NCBI GenBank assembly: GCA_051294905.1
Contig: CM119385.1
Coordinates: 14,756,001-14,820,000, forward strand
Source of the DNA: Botryllus schlosseri
Taxonomy: Eukaryota
Direction: 5' to 3'
DNA length: 64,000 bases
This document shows, in pieces, positions 62,145-64,000 of this stretch. Made by a program: the position numbers and the translations under genes. The notes below the pieces were generated by a model. The model was not told the DNA's origin. It searched no databases and saw nothing but the letters and a program-made list of their open reading frames with translations. Positions within the stretch are counted from its first letter, which is position 1, and each line of letters opens with the position of its first letter.

Positions 62145-62742
62145 AGGGCTGTTCAAAAATAACTTTTTTTCCGGATTCCAGCCATTCACTGATTACATTG
62201 TAAGGTTACCCTTAAATGCGCGCCAAATCTGGTTCATTTCGAACCAGCATAAGCCACCGTATAGCCAATTACAATTTTAAATTTATTATGAAAAATTAAA
62301 AAAAAAAAAAAAATTCTGTCAATTCTATGAAATTGTTAAGTTGTCCCGAATAGCGATGCAAAACAAATTTGACTCAATTCCGACCCGTAGATGCGGAGTT
62401 CTTTGAGTTTTTTATTTATAATTCTGGGATTATCCACCGTTACTGCTATTTTTTGTAAATCCGGAACTTTCAACTGCAAAAACTCCGCTTCTACGGGTTG
62501 GAATTGACTCAAATTAGTTTTGCATCGTTACTGAAGACAACTTAACAATTTCACGGGGATGCCATGAAATTTTTTATTCATTTTTTATTTTTCATCATAA
62601 ATTAAAAATTTCAATTGGCTCTGCGGCTGATTATACTGGTTCGAATCGAACCAAATATGGTGTGCAGCGTTATAAGAGTAACCGGACAATTTAATCAGCG
62701 AATGGCTGGAATCAGGGGAAAAAGTTATTTTTGAATAGCTCT
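62145..62742. mobile_element. Long-TIR foldback element (imperfect arms of about 270 bp)
   Basis: AGGGCTGTTCAAAAATAACTTTTT...ATTCCAGCCATTC and GATGCAAAAC.AATTTGA.TCAATTCC.ACCCGTAGA.GCGGAGTT pair with their reverse complements at 62470-62742. Confidence 0.8.
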
Positions 62743-64000
62743 GACACTGCGTAGTCGCGCAACGAGAAAAATGTCTTACTAATGGTTTGAATTAGGTTTA
62801 CAATATTGACAATTGCATATATTGCTGATAATTTTTCAACGCCTCCCATTCCACGTGATCAGATATACTGGTAGAGCTGAAGGAGGTGATGACTTCAAGC
62901 GCAGGACTATTCGGCGCCTATGGACAATGGACAATCGGCAATAGGCTATAGGCCTATATTTATATATATATTGATGGTTTTGGCCAACATGCGAATGTAA
63001 TTTTCGGCCGAGGGTTTATTTGGTAACACCCTTCGCTAAGTCGCATATTGGTCGAAACTCCGGAAGTTTTGGTATATCGTGGAGGGGTAATGGCCGGCGC
63101 TGAAATGTCTGTTTTATTCTTTATAAATTATGCGTATTTTTGCTTGGGGCGCCAAGGGTAATAGACCAGTATTTAAGGAAAATCGCGCAAAGCACGAAGA
63201 AATCTCTGGAGTTGTACGAAATCTCCCAAGAAATACTCTATGATTTATGTTTATTTGCGAAATAATTTTAGCCCCCCTTCGAGCTCGCCCTTCCAATTGG
63301 GCGTTTCGGTTGCCGCAGTTACGGTCCTGCTCCTACTGTTTCGCTGCTACATGCTGCGCTGGTCCAATTAATTTGTTAGAGAGGATATACGGTAATGGAG
63401 AAATAGGACAGATTAGCATGTTTCTATGTATGGTATAGTTGCGACCAGCACATCTTGCATTTAAAAAGAAAATTATTGCAAGATATTGGTCATTGGTCAC
63501 TATCGAAGTCTCACATGATTTCTGTGATTTCTTTTCGTCATTGACATTACCGCCAAGCTCCCGCAATATATCAGCAGTATGTCTGACGATCATGCGCCAG
63601 AAATGTTACCCCGAATTCCATACGTTATATGTTGACTTTCTTGTAGTATAAAAATATTTTTCAAGACAGGTTTATTGAGCTTGAAAACTTGCTCTCGCGC
63701 AGTGTGGGGTAATTTGGGGTAAGCTGTTATCGTGGAAGTTTAATAGTTGTCTTGTCTTGTCGAAAGTTGCCACTGTTTCCACGGACAAGATGTCGGATCG
63801 CTACGAGATGTTGAGCATCGTTGTTCTAGCCCATGATTTCGTGTGAACATTGGTCACGAGTAAAATGAAACTGCGTGGTGATCGTCATTCAGGGGTGAAA
63901 GAGAGCGTGTGGCTCTCGTTTGGTTTTATGTGGTCGGAAATCGATTCAAATGGCTCTTATATGCTGAAGATTGCCAACTCCTGGTTTAGATAGTGTTTGG

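Overview
Eukaryotic (invertebrate animal) genomic DNA: AT-rich, short GT-AG introns, dense in transposon debris, with no prokaryotic operons, rRNA, true tRNA or CRISPR. The species cannot be fixed from sequence; a tunicate-like marine invertebrate is only a guess. The main signal is a cluster of highly divergent insulin-superfamily genes that the ORF track splits into pieces. There are four intact two-exon genes, labelled here ILP-A (24196-24754, +) and ILP-B, -C and -D (43522-47192, -). All four have a signal peptide, exact B-chain C-x11-C and A-chain CC-x3-C-x8-C spacing, a shared phase-1 intron, an invariant 36-aa connector with a repeated aromatic-Pro-aromatic motif, and a basic tail with an extra Cys pair. 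A 1.57-kb tandem duplication made ILP-C (new C-terminus) and an orphan A-chain exon with TGA at a conserved Cys. A possible decayed, intronless paralog lies at 9.5-9.9 kb. The left end holds a probable TIR-domain gene (-) head-to-head with a TPR-like gene (+). The rest is mainly hAT MITEs (many with perfect 8-bp TSDs, some nested three deep), foldback elements, a tRNA-derived SINE and decayed LINE, Penelope, Chapaev-like and hAT coding remnants. All alignments and counts were done by eye; no database search was run.
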